The notes under the pieces were generated by a model. It worked only from the letters and a program-made list of their open reading frames with translations, did not search any database and was not told where the DNA came from. A stretch of DNA of 64,000 bases from an uncultured delta proteobacterium (GTDB taxonomy: Bacteria; Desulfobacterota; Syntrophia; Syntrophales; UBA2185): assembly GCA_963729715.1 (NCBI GenBank), contig CAVSPA010000005.1:224001-288000 (forward strand). The letters are read 5' to 3'. Shown here piece after piece: positions 49,163 to 59,828 of this stretch. Numbering within the stretch: position 1 is the first letter of the stretch; the number at the start of each line of letters is the position of its first letter. The position numbers were made by a program, and so were the translations under genes.

Positions 49163-51283
49163 ATGAGCGATATATTTAGCAAGGATTTTGCGGGAAGAAG
49201 CATTTCCATTAAAGCAAATTATATGGCAGGCCAGGCCGATGGATCGGTCCTCGTAACATACGGTGACACTGTAGTCATTGTGACCGCCGTATCACTTAAG
49301 AAGAAGAGAGAAGGCGTAGATTTCCTTCCTCTTACGGTCGATTATCAAGAAATGACTTTTGCGGCAGGAAAGATTCCCGGAGGGTTCTTTAAACGTGAAG
49401 GTCGCCCCAACGAAAGAGAGACCCTGACGTCCCGGATCATTGACAGATCCATCAGACCTCTTTTTCCAAAAAGCTACTACTTCGAGACTCAAATCGTGGC
49501 AACAGTGCTCTCCGTGGATAATGAAAATGATTCCGTTGTGACAGCTTTACTCGGCGCCTCCGCTGCCCTGGCGATTTCCGATATCCCCTTCAATGGGCCG
49601 ATTGCCAGCGTCCGTGTCGGCAGGGTTGACGGCAAATTTATCGTGAACCCGTCGGCAGAAGTTCTGGAGAAAAGCGATTTCAATCTCTTCATAGTGGGAA
49701 GGAAGATCTCACCAGCGGCGGGAAGCAAAGATTTTGACATTAATCTGGTTATGCTTGAGGGTGATGCACGTGAAGTAGAAGAGGATACAATTGTGGATGC
49801 CATCAATTTCGGCCTGGAGTCCTTGCGGCCGATAATTGAATTTCAGGATCATATTCGCCAGACCATAGGAAAAGAGAAACGGGTTCTGGAGGCAGTCGCC
49901 GTCAATGAAGCCCTTTTGGCAAAGGTAACAGAGAAAGCCAAAGACAGCATGAAAGAAGCTTATACCATAGCGCGGAAACAGGACAGGTACAATAAGCTTG
50001 ACTCGATAAGGGAAAAGGTCATCAAAGAAGTTTGCGCCGAAGATGACAAGCTTGTTCACGAGGTCAGCAACATACTATCAGACCTGGAGAGACAAGTCGT
50101 CAGGAACATGATACTGCGCGACAAGAAGAGGTCCGATGGCAGAACATCCGCCGAGATCAGGCCGATCAGCGCCGAGGTAGGGATTCTCCCCAGGGCCCAC
50201 GGGTCGGCCTTATTTACCAGGGGTGAAACCCAGGCTCTTGCCGCCCTCACACTTGGTACATCTTCAGATGAACAGCGTTTGGATTATATAGGCGGAGAAG
50301 AAATGAGAACCTTCATCCTGCACTATAATTTCCCTCCTTATTGCGTAGGAGAGGCGCGGCCTTTGAGAAGTCCGGGAAGAAGAGAGATCGGACACGGTGC
50401 CCTGGCCAGAAAAGCATTGCTTCCCATCCTGCCCTCCGAGGAGACATTCCCTTATACGATAAGGATTGTTTCCGAGATACTGTCTTCCAATGGCTCATCT
50501 TCAATGGCCACAGTGTGCGGCAGCCTGCTGTCCCTCATGGACGCCGGCGTGCCGGTAAAGGATATCGTTGCCGGTATTGCCATGGGGTTGCTAAAGGATG
50601 ACAACAATGTTGTTGTTCTTTCCGACATTATCGGAGATGAGGATCATGCCGGTGACATGGATCTCAAGGTGTGCGGAACGAAGAAGGGTATCACGGCCCT
50701 GCAGATGGACATCAAGATAGGCGGCCTCAACGAAGATATTTTGAGAATGGCCTTACACCAGGCGAAAGAGGGACGGCTCTTTATCATTGAGAAGCTCAGG
50801 GAAACTATTGCAGAACCGAGGGGCGATATCTCCAAATATGCACCACGGATTACAACGCTCAAGGTCAGACCCGAGAAGGTGAGAGATGTGATCGGTAGCG
50901 GCGGGAAAAATATCAGGCAGATTATCAGTGAAACGGGTGTGACCATCGATGTTGAAGATGATGGTACGGTGACCATTGCGTCGAATGACTCAGAAGCGGC
51001 GTCAAGGGCTGTAGCCATGGTTAAGTGGCTGACCGAAGACGCCGAGGTGGGAAAGATCTATCGCGGTACTGTCAAGAAAATAGTTGACTTTGGCGCTTTC
51101 GTAGAAATATTGCCCGGCACGGAAGGGCTGGTGCACATATCGCAGCTGTCGCGGGAGCGGGTCAAGAGTGTTACCGATGTCCTCCATGAGGGTGAGGAAG
51201 TGATGGTAAAGGTTCTTGAGATCGACAAACAGGGAAAGATCCGCCTTAGCAGGAAAGATGCACTGGGTCCCAATGCACAATAA
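49163..51283 (+). CDS. pnp: Polyribonucleotide nucleotidyltransferase
   Basis: DFLPLTVDY, GKIPGGF, HGSALFTRGETQ and RREIGHG motifs; KH and S1 domains. Confidence 0.97.
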   Translation: MSDIFSKDFAGRSISIKANYMAGQADGSVLVTYGDTVVIVTAVSLKKKREGVDFLPLTVDYQEMTFAAGKIPGGFFKREGRPNERETLTSRIIDRSIRPLFPKSYYFETQIVATVLSVDNENDSVVTALLGASAALAISDIPFNGPIASVRVGRVDGKFIVNPSAEVLEKSDFNLFIVGRKISPAAGSKDFDINLVMLEGDAREVEEDTIVDAINFGLESLRPIIEFQDHIRQTIGKEKRVLEAVAVNEALLAKVTEKAKDSMKEAYTIARKQDRYNKLDSIREKVIKEVCAEDDKLVHEVSNILSDLERQVVRNMILRDKKRSDGRTSAEIRPISAEVGILPRAHGSALFTRGETQALAALTLGTSSDEQRLDYIGGEEMRTFILHYNFPPYCVGEARPLRSPGRREIGHGALARKALLPILPSEETFPYTIRIVSEILSSNGSSSMATVCGSLLSLMDAGVPVKDIVAGIAMGLLKDDNNVVVLSDIIGDEDHAGDMDLKVCGTKKGITALQMDIKIGGLNEDILRMALHQAKEGRLFIIEKLRETIAEPRGDISKYAPRITTLKVRPEKVRDVIGSGGKNIRQIISETGVTIDVEDDGTVTIASNDSEAASRAVAMVKWLTEDAEVGKIYRGTVKKIVDFGAFVEILPGTEGLVHISQLSRERVKSVTDVLHEGEEVMVKVLEIDKQGKIRLSRKDALGPNAQ

Positions 51284-52529
51284 GACTGTCCTTTCTAACG
51301 GTGTCAGTGTTGTTTCGGAATACATCGATCATGTCAGATCAATATCCATAGGGATCTGGGTCAAGTGTGGTTCACGTTACGAAGACCATGCCACAAACGG
51401 AGCGGCACATTTTATAGAGCACATGCTTTTTAAGGGGACCAAAAACAGGTCTGCTTTTGAAATTGCATCGGCAATTGATTCCGTTGGCGGTATGATGAAT
51501 GCCTTCACCGGCAAGGAGTTGACCTCGTTCTATATAAAGATACCGGACTACCACCTACCTATGGCGGTAGACCTCCTTGCTGATATTTTTACAAACTCAT
51601 GCTTCGATGAAAAAGAAATCGTGAAGGAACAATCGGTGGTCCTTCAGGAAATTAACTTGACCGAAGATACACCGGATGATTATATTCATGATTTCTTTGA
51701 GGGCGTATTCTGGAATGGCCACCCCCTCGGTTTTCCGATCTTAGGCACCAAGAACCTGGTAGCCTCCTTAAACAAAAAGACCCTTTTGTCTTTCTTCGAT
51801 GCACGCTACGGGGGCGATAATCTGGTGCTCGCGGCTGCTGGCAATCTGAAACACGATGAATTCGTTGACCTCACAAAAAAGGCATTCGGATCCATACCGG
51901 TGGGGACAAGCAAATCTCAGACGGACAAACCGGCGGTGTCATCAAAGGTTGCCGTTCTCAAGAAGGACCTGGAACAGGTGCATATGATCATGGGCACCCT
52001 CGCCCCTTCCGCCGTCAGCCCTGAGAGATATGTCGGCTTTCTATTGAATGCCGTTTTAGGCGGAAGCATGAGTTCGAGGTTATTTCAGGAAGTCAGAGAA
52101 AAAAGGGGGCTCGCTTACGCGATCCATTCCTTTATCTCCCCGTATATGGATGTGGGCCTTTTGGGAATATATGCAGGAACCAGCGAGGAGAGAGTTCCTC
52201 TCGTCATTAATCTCATTCTTGAAGAACTGAAACGATTGCGTCATGAGCTTTTAACGGAAAAGGAGATGGCACAGGTCAAAGAGTTGATCAAAGGAAATTT
52301 TCTCCTTTCGATGGAAAGCACTGACAGCCGGATGATAAGGTTGGCCAAGAACGAGATTTCTTTCGGAAGGCATATCCCCGAGGACGATGTTATTGCCGCT
52401 GTAGACGCAGTTGCCGCAGAGGATGTCAGGAAACTTGCCTTTGAAATATTCAGGGCTGGCGCCATATCCATCGCCGCGACGGGAAGGCTTTCAGAAAAGG
52501 ATATCGCTATTAATTCGTATGAAGGATAG
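51273..52529 (+). CDS. M16 family zinc peptidase
   Basis: HFIEH (HxxEH), NAFTGKE and GGSMSSRLFQEVREKRGLAY motifs; ATG 51273. Confidence 0.92.
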   Translation: MHNKTVLSNGVSVVSEYIDHVRSISIGIWVKCGSRYEDHATNGAAHFIEHMLFKGTKNRSAFEIASAIDSVGGMMNAFTGKELTSFYIKIPDYHLPMAVDLLADIFTNSCFDEKEIVKEQSVVLQEINLTEDTPDDYIHDFFEGVFWNGHPLGFPILGTKNLVASLNKKTLLSFFDARYGGDNLVLAAAGNLKHDEFVDLTKKAFGSIPVGTSKSQTDKPAVSSKVAVLKKDLEQVHMIMGTLAPSAVSPERYVGFLLNAVLGGSMSSRLFQEVREKRGLAYAIHSFISPYMDVGLLGIYAGTSEERVPLVINLILEELKRLRHELLTEKEMAQVKELIKGNFLLSMESTDSRMIRLAKNEISFGRHIPEDDVIAAVDAVAAEDVRKLAFEIFRAGAISIAATGRLSEKDIAINSYEG

Positions 52530-52567
52530 CGCTCTATAAGAATGCAGGGATGAATGCCTGAGTTGCG

Positions 52568-53017
52568 ATGATAGAAGAAATTGGCGTGTATATTCAAAAG
52601 CTGCCCGGTTATTTAGACATGTCGCTTCCTCGATACATGACAGAACATTCAGCGGGCATGGATATCTATGCAGCTGTCAAAACGGATGAGACGATATTTC
52701 CGGGACAGAGGAAGATAATTCCTACAGGCATGGCGATTGCGTTGCCGGAAGGCTATGAAGCAGAAATAAGACCCCGAAGCGGCCTTGCCATAAGAAATGG
52801 AGTGACGCTGGTTAATTCCCCGGGAACCATTGACGCGGATTACCGCGGTGAGATCAGAATAATACTGATTAACCACGGGGAGGAGCCCTTTGTCATCAGG
52901 CGCGGTGATCGCATCGCACAGATGATAATACACAGGGTCTGCAAAGTTTCATGGATAGAGTGTCAGCAACTTGATGCAACAATCAGAGGGGATGGGGGTT
53001 TCGGCCATACTGAGTAA
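52568..53017 (+). CDS. dut: dUTP diphosphatase
   Basis: [24 protein letters not shown] and RGDGGFGHT motifs. Confidence 0.96.
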   Translation: MIEEIGVYIQKLPGYLDMSLPRYMTEHSAGMDIYAAVKTDETIFPGQRKIIPTGMAIALPEGYEAEIRPRSGLAIRNGVTLVNSPGTIDADYRGEIRIILINHGEEPFVIRRGDRIAQMIIHRVCKVSWIECQQLDATIRGDGGFGHTE

Positions 53018-53034
53018 GTAAGGGTGAACGCTTC

Positions 53035-54213
53035 ATGAAAAAATTCAGGGTAAATAAAACATACAAAGAGATCAACGAGAAGATCAAGAAAGGTAAAGCC
53101 GTTGTTGCAACGGCTGAAGAGATGATCGACATCGTTGAGAGACATGGTCATGTTGAGGGGGCCCGGAGAATAGACGTTGTCACAACCGGGACATTCGCCC
53201 CCATGTGTTCATCCGGAGCCTTCCTGAACTTCGGCCATACGGCTCCGAGAATAAGGGCATCCAAAGTGTGGCTAAACGACGTACTCGCTTACGGCGGCAT
53301 CGCGGCGGTGGACTGCTATATAGGAGCAACTGAGGTGGCCGAAGGGGATCCCTTGAATAGCGTCTATCCGGGGGAATTCAAGTATGGAGGCGGTCATGTG
53401 CTTGAAGACCTGGTGGCAGGCAATGTAATTAGATTGCGCGCCGAAGGGTATGGAACCGATTGCTATCCTGCCCGAAGATATGAAAAAAATATCACGATAA
53501 ACGATCTGCGGGATGCAATCCTCTTCAACCCGCGAAACGCTTATCAAAATTATAATTGTGCCGTTAATATGTCTGACAAAACAATTTATACTTACATGGG
53601 CGTGTTGAGACCCCGCATGGCCAACGCCAATTATGCTACAGCGGGACAGTTAAGCCCTCTCTTTAACGATCCCCACTACATGACCATCGGTATCGGAACG
53701 AGAATCTTTTTGGGAGGAGCCCAAGGTTATGTGGCCTGGCACGGGACCCAGCACAACCCGAATGTTAAGAGAGGCAAGCATGGCGTCCCTAAGGAAGGCG
53801 CAGGAACAATTTCGGCAATAGGGAACCTTAAAGAAATGTCTCCACAATGGCTTGTAGGCGCGAGCATGTTAGGATATGGGGTTTCCCTGTATGTTGGCAT
53901 AGGCATTCCCATACCTGTTTTGAATGAAGAAATGGCAAAGTACACAGCGGTTAAAGATGAGAATATATGTACACAGATCTATGACTACAGCATGGATTAT
54001 CCTAAAGGTGGTGCCCTCAAGAGTCTCGGAGAGGTTAGCTACAAAGAACTCCGTTCCGGCGAGATCGTAATAAATGGTAAAAAAGCAATTACAGCTTCTT
54101 TATCAAGTTATTACAAGGCAAAGGAAATTGCAAATATTCTCAAGGAGTGGATTGAACGCGGTAATTTCCTCATCGGGGAGCCCCAACAGTGCCTTCCTTC
54201 TGTCATGATCTAA
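53035..54213 (+). CDS. DUF39 homocysteine biosynthesis protein (aspartate-semialdehyde sulfurtransferase family), no CBS domains
   Basis: VVTTGTFAPMCSSGA, YGGGHVLEDL, NPRNAYQNY, TYMG and IGIGTRIFLGG motifs. Confidence 0.85.
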   Translation: MKKFRVNKTYKEINEKIKKGKAVVATAEEMIDIVERHGHVEGARRIDVVTTGTFAPMCSSGAFLNFGHTAPRIRASKVWLNDVLAYGGIAAVDCYIGATEVAEGDPLNSVYPGEFKYGGGHVLEDLVAGNVIRLRAEGYGTDCYPARRYEKNITINDLRDAILFNPRNAYQNYNCAVNMSDKTIYTYMGVLRPRMANANYATAGQLSPLFNDPHYMTIGIGTRIFLGGAQGYVAWHGTQHNPNVKRGKHGVPKEGAGTISAIGNLKEMSPQWLVGASMLGYGVSLYVGIGIPIPVLNEEMAKYTAVKDENICTQIYDYSMDYPKGGALKSLGEVSYKELRSGEIVINGKKAITASLSSYYKAKEIANILKEWIERGNFLIGEPQQCLPSVMI

Positions 54214-54354
54214 TTGCTGCACTTGTGGGAAGCCCAAAAAGAACATCAGACCACTCACAATACCTCTTAAGTGTCTAATATAGCTAAATTTGCTTTGTAC
54301 GGCTGCGTTCAGGAACGTTAGGGTGGTGCCTTTTTTGTGATGCTGCCATTCTTA

Positions 54355-54407
54355 ATTAATGTGCATTAATGTTAAAAAATATTGCATATAAGTGATATTA
54401 ATCACTT
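54355..54407. promoter_or_regulatory. Two palindromic operator-like sites upstream of the HTH-ftsB-pilM cluster
   Basis: ATTAATG-TG-CATTAAT (54355-54370) and AAGTGAT-ATTA-ATCACTT (54390-54407); the second overlaps a TTGACA at 54406. Confidence 0.45.
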
Positions 54408-54474
54408 GACATTATTTATTTTTAGTATCATAAAATCCATATAAGGGTAAGGTTTTCCCAGCTTGAGGATAAAT

Positions 54475-54675
54475 GTGAAAAAAAATAAAGTCAGACAATT
54501 CCGTGAAGCGATCCCTTTGAGCATTGCCGAACTCGCAAGAAGGGCGGGCTTGGCTCCGCAGACTGTGACAAAGATGGAAAAGGGATTGCCGACAAGGAAG
54601 TATTCCGAATTGAAGGTGGCAAAGGCTTTACAAAAGAATTATGAAGACGTTTTTGTGTCGGATAAGGAAGCGTAG
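54475..54675 (+). CDS. Small XRE-like helix-turn-helix protein
   Basis: NKVRQFRE..LSIAELARRAGLAPQTVTKMEKG; GTG start inferred. Confidence 0.8.
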   Translation: MKKNKVRQFREAIPLSIAELARRAGLAPQTVTKMEKGLPTRKYSELKVAKALQKNYEDVFVSDKEA

Positions 54676-54725
54676 TACATATCTTGCATTATTTCTTGGA
54701 GGCTTGTCGGAGACTAGTGGTTAGA

Positions 54726-54992
54726 ATGAAAGTAGGAAGGTATCTTGTTGTCTTTATTCTTGTGATGAGTATGCTCATCATCTTCGGCAAGAGGGGGCTC
54801 ATCGACAACTACTCCATGAAGGAGCGGTTAATGTCTCTTAAGAAGTCGAATCAGGATATTGCCCTTGAAAACAAGGAATTGAACAAGAAAGTAATGTTAC
54901 TAAGAGGCGACCTTCAATATATGGAGACGGTGGTGCGAAACGAACTCGGTATGGTCAGAAAGGGAGACCTCGTTTATCGATATCTTAAATAA
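54726..54992 (+). CDS. Septum formation initiator family (FtsB/DivIC)
   Basis: N-terminal TM, FGKRG, coiled coil and VRNELGMVRKGD motif. Confidence 0.8.
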   Translation: MKVGRYLVVFILVMSMLIIFGKRGLIDNYSMKERLMSLKKSNQDIALENKELNKKVMLLRGDLQYMETVVRNELGMVRKGDLVYRYLK

Positions 54993-55029
54993 ACCTATAT
55001 GAGAAAGAAGAACCAAGCACGGTGATCCT

Positions 55030-56157
55030 ATGTTTGACGTCAAAAATTTGTTAGCAGACAGCAAAAAGATATTCAGTCTTGATACCATCAAGAACCTGTT
55101 TCCGGCCAGCAAAAGCCTGGTCGGCCTTGATATAGGGTCAAGTGCTGTAAAGCTTGCTGAAATAATCGAGACGCCAAAGGGATACGTACTTTCCCGGTTT
55201 TCTCAGATACCTCTCGCAACGGGAGTGATAGTGGATGGTGTGCCTGTCGAACATCAGGAACTGGCTCAGAAAATAAAACAGCTATTCAAACAGTCCGGTT
55301 GCAGAAGGAAGTCCATAGTTACGTCTCTTTCAGGACACTCCGTCATCATCAAAAAAGTGAACTTTCCCACAATGGATGAAACAGAACTGCGTGAGCTGAT
55401 AAAAGATGAAGCAGGAAAGTATTTACCTTTTGATAGCATGGAGGCAGTAAGCTACGATTTCCAAATCCTGGGCGAGAATGAATTCAACCCTAATCAGATG
55501 GATGTTATTATCGTTGCAGCGAAGAATGATATCGTTAACTCCTATGCCGATACCATTCAGCAGGCAGGGTATTCGCCGGTTATCATGGACGTGGATTCTT
55601 TTGCACTGGAGACCATGTATGAAGAGAATTACGATTTTGAAGACAATGAAATGGTTGTCCTCGTTAATATTGGGGCAAGTATCACAAATATAAATGTCCT
55701 CAGAGGCGGTTCTTCGGTCTTTACCAGAGATTTTATGCTTGCAGGAAATTCCATAACTGAGGCGATTGGGCAGAAGATGGGAATCGCCTTTGAAGAGGCT
55801 GAGAGAATCAAGATCGAAGGTTCCGGTGGCAATGAAGCGGCGGAAAAGGAACTCCGGGAAAGTCTCCTTTATTACGCAGACCCGATATGTTCGGAAATTG
55901 AGAGGTCCATTGATTATTTCAGATCCACCTACGGGGGGGAATATTTGAAACGCATTCTCCTCTCCGGTGGAAGTGCAAGAATTCCGGGAATGGTGAGTGA
56001 CCTCACGCACAGGCTCGGCGTGGAAGCGGAAATCGCCAATCCCTTCAAGAAAATAGGCTACGATACAAAAGCCCTGAATGAGGCTGCAGCTGAAGAGATT
56101 GCACCTATCGCTGCCGTCGGTATCGGACTGGCGCTGAGAAAAGTTGGTGACAAATGA
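55030..56157 (+). CDS. pilM: Type IV pilus assembly protein PilM
   Basis: VGLDIGSSAVK, VDSFAL, NIGASITN, LSGGSA and GLALR motifs. Confidence 0.95.
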   Translation: MFDVKNLLADSKKIFSLDTIKNLFPASKSLVGLDIGSSAVKLAEIIETPKGYVLSRFSQIPLATGVIVDGVPVEHQELAQKIKQLFKQSGCRRKSIVTSLSGHSVIIKKVNFPTMDETELRELIKDEAGKYLPFDSMEAVSYDFQILGENEFNPNQMDVIIVAAKNDIVNSYADTIQQAGYSPVIMDVDSFALETMYEENYDFEDNEMVVLVNIGASITNINVLRGGSSVFTRDFMLAGNSITEAIGQKMGIAFEEAERIKIEGSGGNEAAEKELRESLLYYADPICSEIERSIDYFRSTYGGEYLKRILLSGGSARIPGMVSDLTHRLGVEAEIANPFKKIGYDTKALNEAAAEEIAPIAAVGIGLALRKVGDK

Positions 56158-56702
56158 TCAGAATTAATCTTCTTCCCTATCGGGAAAGGGAAAAGAAGGA
56201 GGATGTTACTCGTCAGATTGTTATCATTGCCATTACCCTCGTCGTCTTTCTCTTAGTCATTGGTTCTCTCCAACTTTATCTCAGTATCAGCGTAAGCAAT
56301 CTCGAAAAGAACATAAAACTCCAGGAGGAGGAACTCGCTCGTCTGACAAAAACTATAGGTGACATAGAACAGTATAAATTGAACAAGTCGACCCTGGAGA
56401 GAAAACTCGCTATAATTAACAACCTCGAAGAAAATCGTCTGGCGCCTGTTATGATGCTTGACGAGATTTCGCAGCTGATTCCTGTAAAGGATGTCTGGCT
56501 CGATAAGATCTCAGAGAAAGGTTCAGAAGTTACATTGGAAGGCATGGCGATAAACAATATCGCCGTTGCGCATTTTATGAAGAATCTCTCTGGAGCCAAT
56601 TTTGTCAATACTGTCGATCTGTTATCCACCAGGGAAAGAGAAGTCTCTGGCATGAAATTGCAGCAATTCGTAATATCTTGTGTGAAAAAGAGGGTCCCAT
56701 AA
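56154..56702 (+). CDS. pilN: Type IV pilus assembly protein PilN
   Basis: MIRINLLP, TM, coiled coil and VWL motif. Confidence 0.93.
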   Translation: MIRINLLPYREREKKEDVTRQIVIIAITLVVFLLVIGSLQLYLSISVSNLEKNIKLQEEELARLTKTIGDIEQYKLNKSTLERKLAIINNLEENRLAPVMMLDEISQLIPVKDVWLDKISEKGSEVTLEGMAINNIAVAHFMKNLSGANFVNTVDLLSTREREVSGMKLQQFVISCVKKRVP

Positions 56703-56706
56703 TTAG

Positions 56707-57411
56707 ATGGCTGTTACTTTCGAAGATATAAAGAAGTGGCCTCCAAAGCGTAAGGCAATCGCTCTCGGCATTATTTATTTGCTTTTAGGCGGTGCATATT
56801 ATTCTGTTTTTATGCAATCATCCATGGATCAGAAAGGGTCATGGGAAACCAAGCTTTCCGATCTTCAGGAGCAAGTCCAGGAGAAAGAACGCCTGGCATC
56901 CCAAAAGGGCAAATATGTGAGAGAGGTAAATACGCTGAAGGAAGCGTTCAAGATTGCCCTGACGAAACTGCCTGACCAGCGTGAGATACCGGGTCTTCTA
57001 TATTCTGTTGCGCAGGCCGGTAAAGATTCCGGCGTAGATTTTGTCCTTTTCGAACCGAAACAAGCGGAAAAGAAACCCCGGGAAGTGGAAGATCTCGGAG
57101 TAAGGCCGCCACTTGCAAAAGCCGCAGCACAAAAGCCGGGTGACAAGAAACGTGTCGAGACGCCGAACCCGCAGGAAGAACAGTTTTATGAGGAAATACC
57201 AGTGAGAGTGTCGGTCAGCGGAGGCTTCCACAGCATAGTGACTTTTTTTGAGAAGGTCGCGAAGCTTCCGAGGATCGTCAATATTGAAGATATAGCGATG
57301 TCAGAAGCGAGGGACACAAAACGGGGGCGTTACATTGTCACGAACTGTGTGATCAAGACTTACATGTTCCTCGAAAAAATGGATGAGAAAAAAGTAGATG
57401 GAAAACAATAG
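56707..57411 (+). CDS. pilO: Type IV pilus assembly protein PilO
   Basis: LPDQREIPGLL, FYEEIPV and LPRIVNI motifs. Confidence 0.92.
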   Translation: MAVTFEDIKKWPPKRKAIALGIIYLLLGGAYYSVFMQSSMDQKGSWETKLSDLQEQVQEKERLASQKGKYVREVNTLKEAFKIALTKLPDQREIPGLLYSVAQAGKDSGVDFVLFEPKQAEKKPREVEDLGVRPPLAKAAAQKPGDKKRVETPNPQEEQFYEEIPVRVSVSGGFHSIVTFFEKVAKLPRIVNIEDIAMSEARDTKRGRYIVTNCVIKTYMFLEKMDEKKVDGKQ

Positions 57412-57931
57412 ATTCCGAGTGCACGTAATGCACATCCTCCTGGCCCCAATTGCTGCTTTGTGGCTGTCAGTGTCCATATCTACAGCCGCACTTTCTCAAT
57501 CAGCCGAGACAAAAGCGCCGGGTGCCGACGCATCTGAAACGAAGATCCCCGGTATCAAAGCGACGCCCGCGTATAAATATAACCCCATTGGAAAGCCCGA
57601 TCCCTTTAAACCTTTCATAGAACAGGAACTGGGCCCCAAAAAGAAGACTGAATTAAAAGCCCTGCCAATTTCACCCCTTCAAAGGGAAGGCATAAATAGT
57701 TTCAGGCTCGTTGGCGTATCGGGCGATGACCATCACAGAATAGCTATCGTTCAGGATGTTAAGGGTAAAGCCTACCCCATTTTTCTGGGAACCTACATTG
57801 GCCAAAACGGCGGCAGGGTAGTGGAAATACTCCCGGACCGCATTATTGTTGAAGAAAAAAACAAAATAGAGGACAAGGAAAAAACAAACAGACTGACGAT
57901 TAAACTTCGCAAAGACGAAGGCGAGGAGTAA
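57398..57931 (+). CDS. pilP: Type IV pilus assembly protein PilP
   Basis: YNPIGKPDPFKPF, SPLQ and GTYIGQNGGRV motifs; operon position. Confidence 0.88.
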   Translation: MENNRFRVHVMHILLAPIAALWLSVSISTAALSQSAETKAPGADASETKIPGIKATPAYKYNPIGKPDPFKPFIEQELGPKKKTELKALPISPLQREGINSFRLVGVSGDDHHRIAIVQDVKGKAYPIFLGTYIGQNGGRVVEILPDRIIVEEKNKIEDKEKTNRLTIKLRKDEGEE

Positions 57932-57933
57932 CC

Positions 57934-59739
57934 ATGAAAAGAAACATGCCCTGGTTTATAATCCTGATTGCTTGTGTAATGTTTATTGGCAGTACCGAAT
58001 ATGCCGGGAGTGCACCGACGGAAGATAAAACCCCACAGGAGGCCCCTCCAGGCAAGGTGCAGGCCACAGATTTCGGTTACTTGGAGGGTATAACATTTGA
58101 CACAATAAACGGCAAAGAGCGCCTCACCCTTGTTTTATCCAAACAGTCAGGTGTCTCTATTGAATCCATAGGTGACAAAAACCTGTTGGTAAAAATAACA
58201 AAGCTTTTTGTTCCTGAGGAGCTCAAGCGCAACTTGGGTGAAGGAAAGCTTTCCAATATCGTCAGTGTTGTGCCTTCGCAAAAAACAGTTGATGGCGAGC
58301 AGTGGGCATTAATCACTATCGCTTTAAGAGAACGCGTCCCTTACAAGGTGAATCAGGAAGGACAAAGTGTCCTGATTGACTTCGACGTAAGAAGCCTTGC
58401 TGCCAAGTCGCCTGCAGTTGAGCAGAAAACACCTGACGTCCCTAAAGAAACGCCAATAGCTGCAAAAGCATCAAAAGGATTACAAAGAGCTTCGTCAGTT
58501 TCTAAAGAAGAAATAGCCCCAATGCAGGCAAAGCCCCCGTATGGCGGTCAGGCAATATCTCTTGATTTTCAGGATGCGAATATAAAGACCGTTTTTAGAT
58601 TGCTCTCCGAGGTGGGAGGAGTCTCGATTGTATCCGGAGACGATGTCAAGGGGAACGTTACCTTGTATATGAAGAAGGTTCCCTGGGATCAGGCCCTCAA
58701 TACCATTTTAGATATACAGGGTCTTGTCAAAAAGCAGATGGGTGACGTGATCAGCATCATGACTGTCGAGAAAGTGAAAAAAGACGAGGCTGACCGGAGG
58801 GCGGGGGAGGAAGATCGTATCAAAGCCGAGGCTGTTTCAAGGAAAGCCGAACAGGATCGCCTCGAAGAGAGAGGAAAGCTGCGGCAGATATCAATAGAGG
58901 CAAAAATCGTACAGGCAGAGGATGATTTCGTCAGAAACCTCGGGGTACAGTGGGGCGGCGTCACATACAATTCTGCTGGAGGCTATTCCTACGCCTTGAT
59001 GGCCGGCACAAACCCCGGCACAAATCCCTCTGGAGCTCGTAATATAACGTGGGGTTATCCATCAGGTATTCCATTTACAAATCCGGATGGAACCGCAATT
59101 CAGTCAGCTGCCCTTAATTATCCAGCCACGGTGGGTGGACCGACATTCGGCCTCATCATAGGCGGTAGCGCAGCCGTTCTCGAAGCCCAGCTTCAAGCCC
59201 TCGAGACAAACAATACAGGGAAAATCATCTCATCGCCAAAAATTACCACTATGGATAATGTCAAAGCAACGATAAAACAGGGTCAGGAAATTCCCTATGT
59301 TACAATAGACAAAGATGGAAACAGGAGCATCACCTTCAAGGAGGCTGTTCTGAAGCTGGAGGTCAAACCTAAGATTACGCCTGATGGCACCATTTCCATG
59401 GAGATCAAAGCAACAAATGACGCCGCGGACTACGCCACGGGTGCCTTGCTGGGAGGGAACCCGCCAATTAACAAGAATGAGGTTGAGTCTAAGATTGTCG
59501 TACAGGATGGAGATACCATTGTCATCGGGGGAATCCTCAATACTTCGGATCAAAGAAACGAATCCGGTGTTCCCTGGTTTATGAAAATACCCGTTCTGGG
59601 CTGGCTATTCAAAACTGAGGGTATAACGAAACAGCGAAAACAGCTTATGGTATTTATCACCCCGAAAATAATATCAAATGAAGATGCGGGCGTCGACAAA
59701 TTTGAAAGGCCGAAGGGACCCGAAAAACCTAAGGGATAG
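57934..59739 (+). CDS. pilQ: Type IV pilus secretin PilQ
   Basis: ISLDFQDA, VPWDQAL, QISIEAKIV, QGQEIPY and GVPWFMKIPVLGWLFK motifs. Confidence 0.94.
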   Translation: MKRNMPWFIILIACVMFIGSTEYAGSAPTEDKTPQEAPPGKVQATDFGYLEGITFDTINGKERLTLVLSKQSGVSIESIGDKNLLVKITKLFVPEELKRNLGEGKLSNIVSVVPSQKTVDGEQWALITIALRERVPYKVNQEGQSVLIDFDVRSLAAKSPAVEQKTPDVPKETPIAAKASKGLQRASSVSKEEIAPMQAKPPYGGQAISLDFQDANIKTVFRLLSEVGGVSIVSGDDVKGNVTLYMKKVPWDQALNTILDIQGLVKKQMGDVISIMTVEKVKKDEADRRAGEEDRIKAEAVSRKAEQDRLEERGKLRQISIEAKIVQAEDDFVRNLGVQWGGVTYNSAGGYSYALMAGTNPGTNPSGARNITWGYPSGIPFTNPDGTAIQSAALNYPATVGGPTFGLIIGGSAAVLEAQLQALETNNTGKIISSPKITTMDNVKATIKQGQEIPYVTIDKDGNRSITFKEAVLKLEVKPKITPDGTISMEIKATNDAADYATGALLGGNPPINKNEVESKIVVQDGDTIVIGGILNTSDQRNESGVPWFMKIPVLGWLFKTEGITKQRKQLMVFITPKIISNEDAGVDKFERPKGPEKPKG

Positions 59740-59828
59740 GACATCATCGTTTCTTTGTAATCAAAAGCGTTGCGACTTTCTTCTTCCCACACTACTTTTT
59801 TTTGCAACGAAGAGATGCTAAAGTGAGC

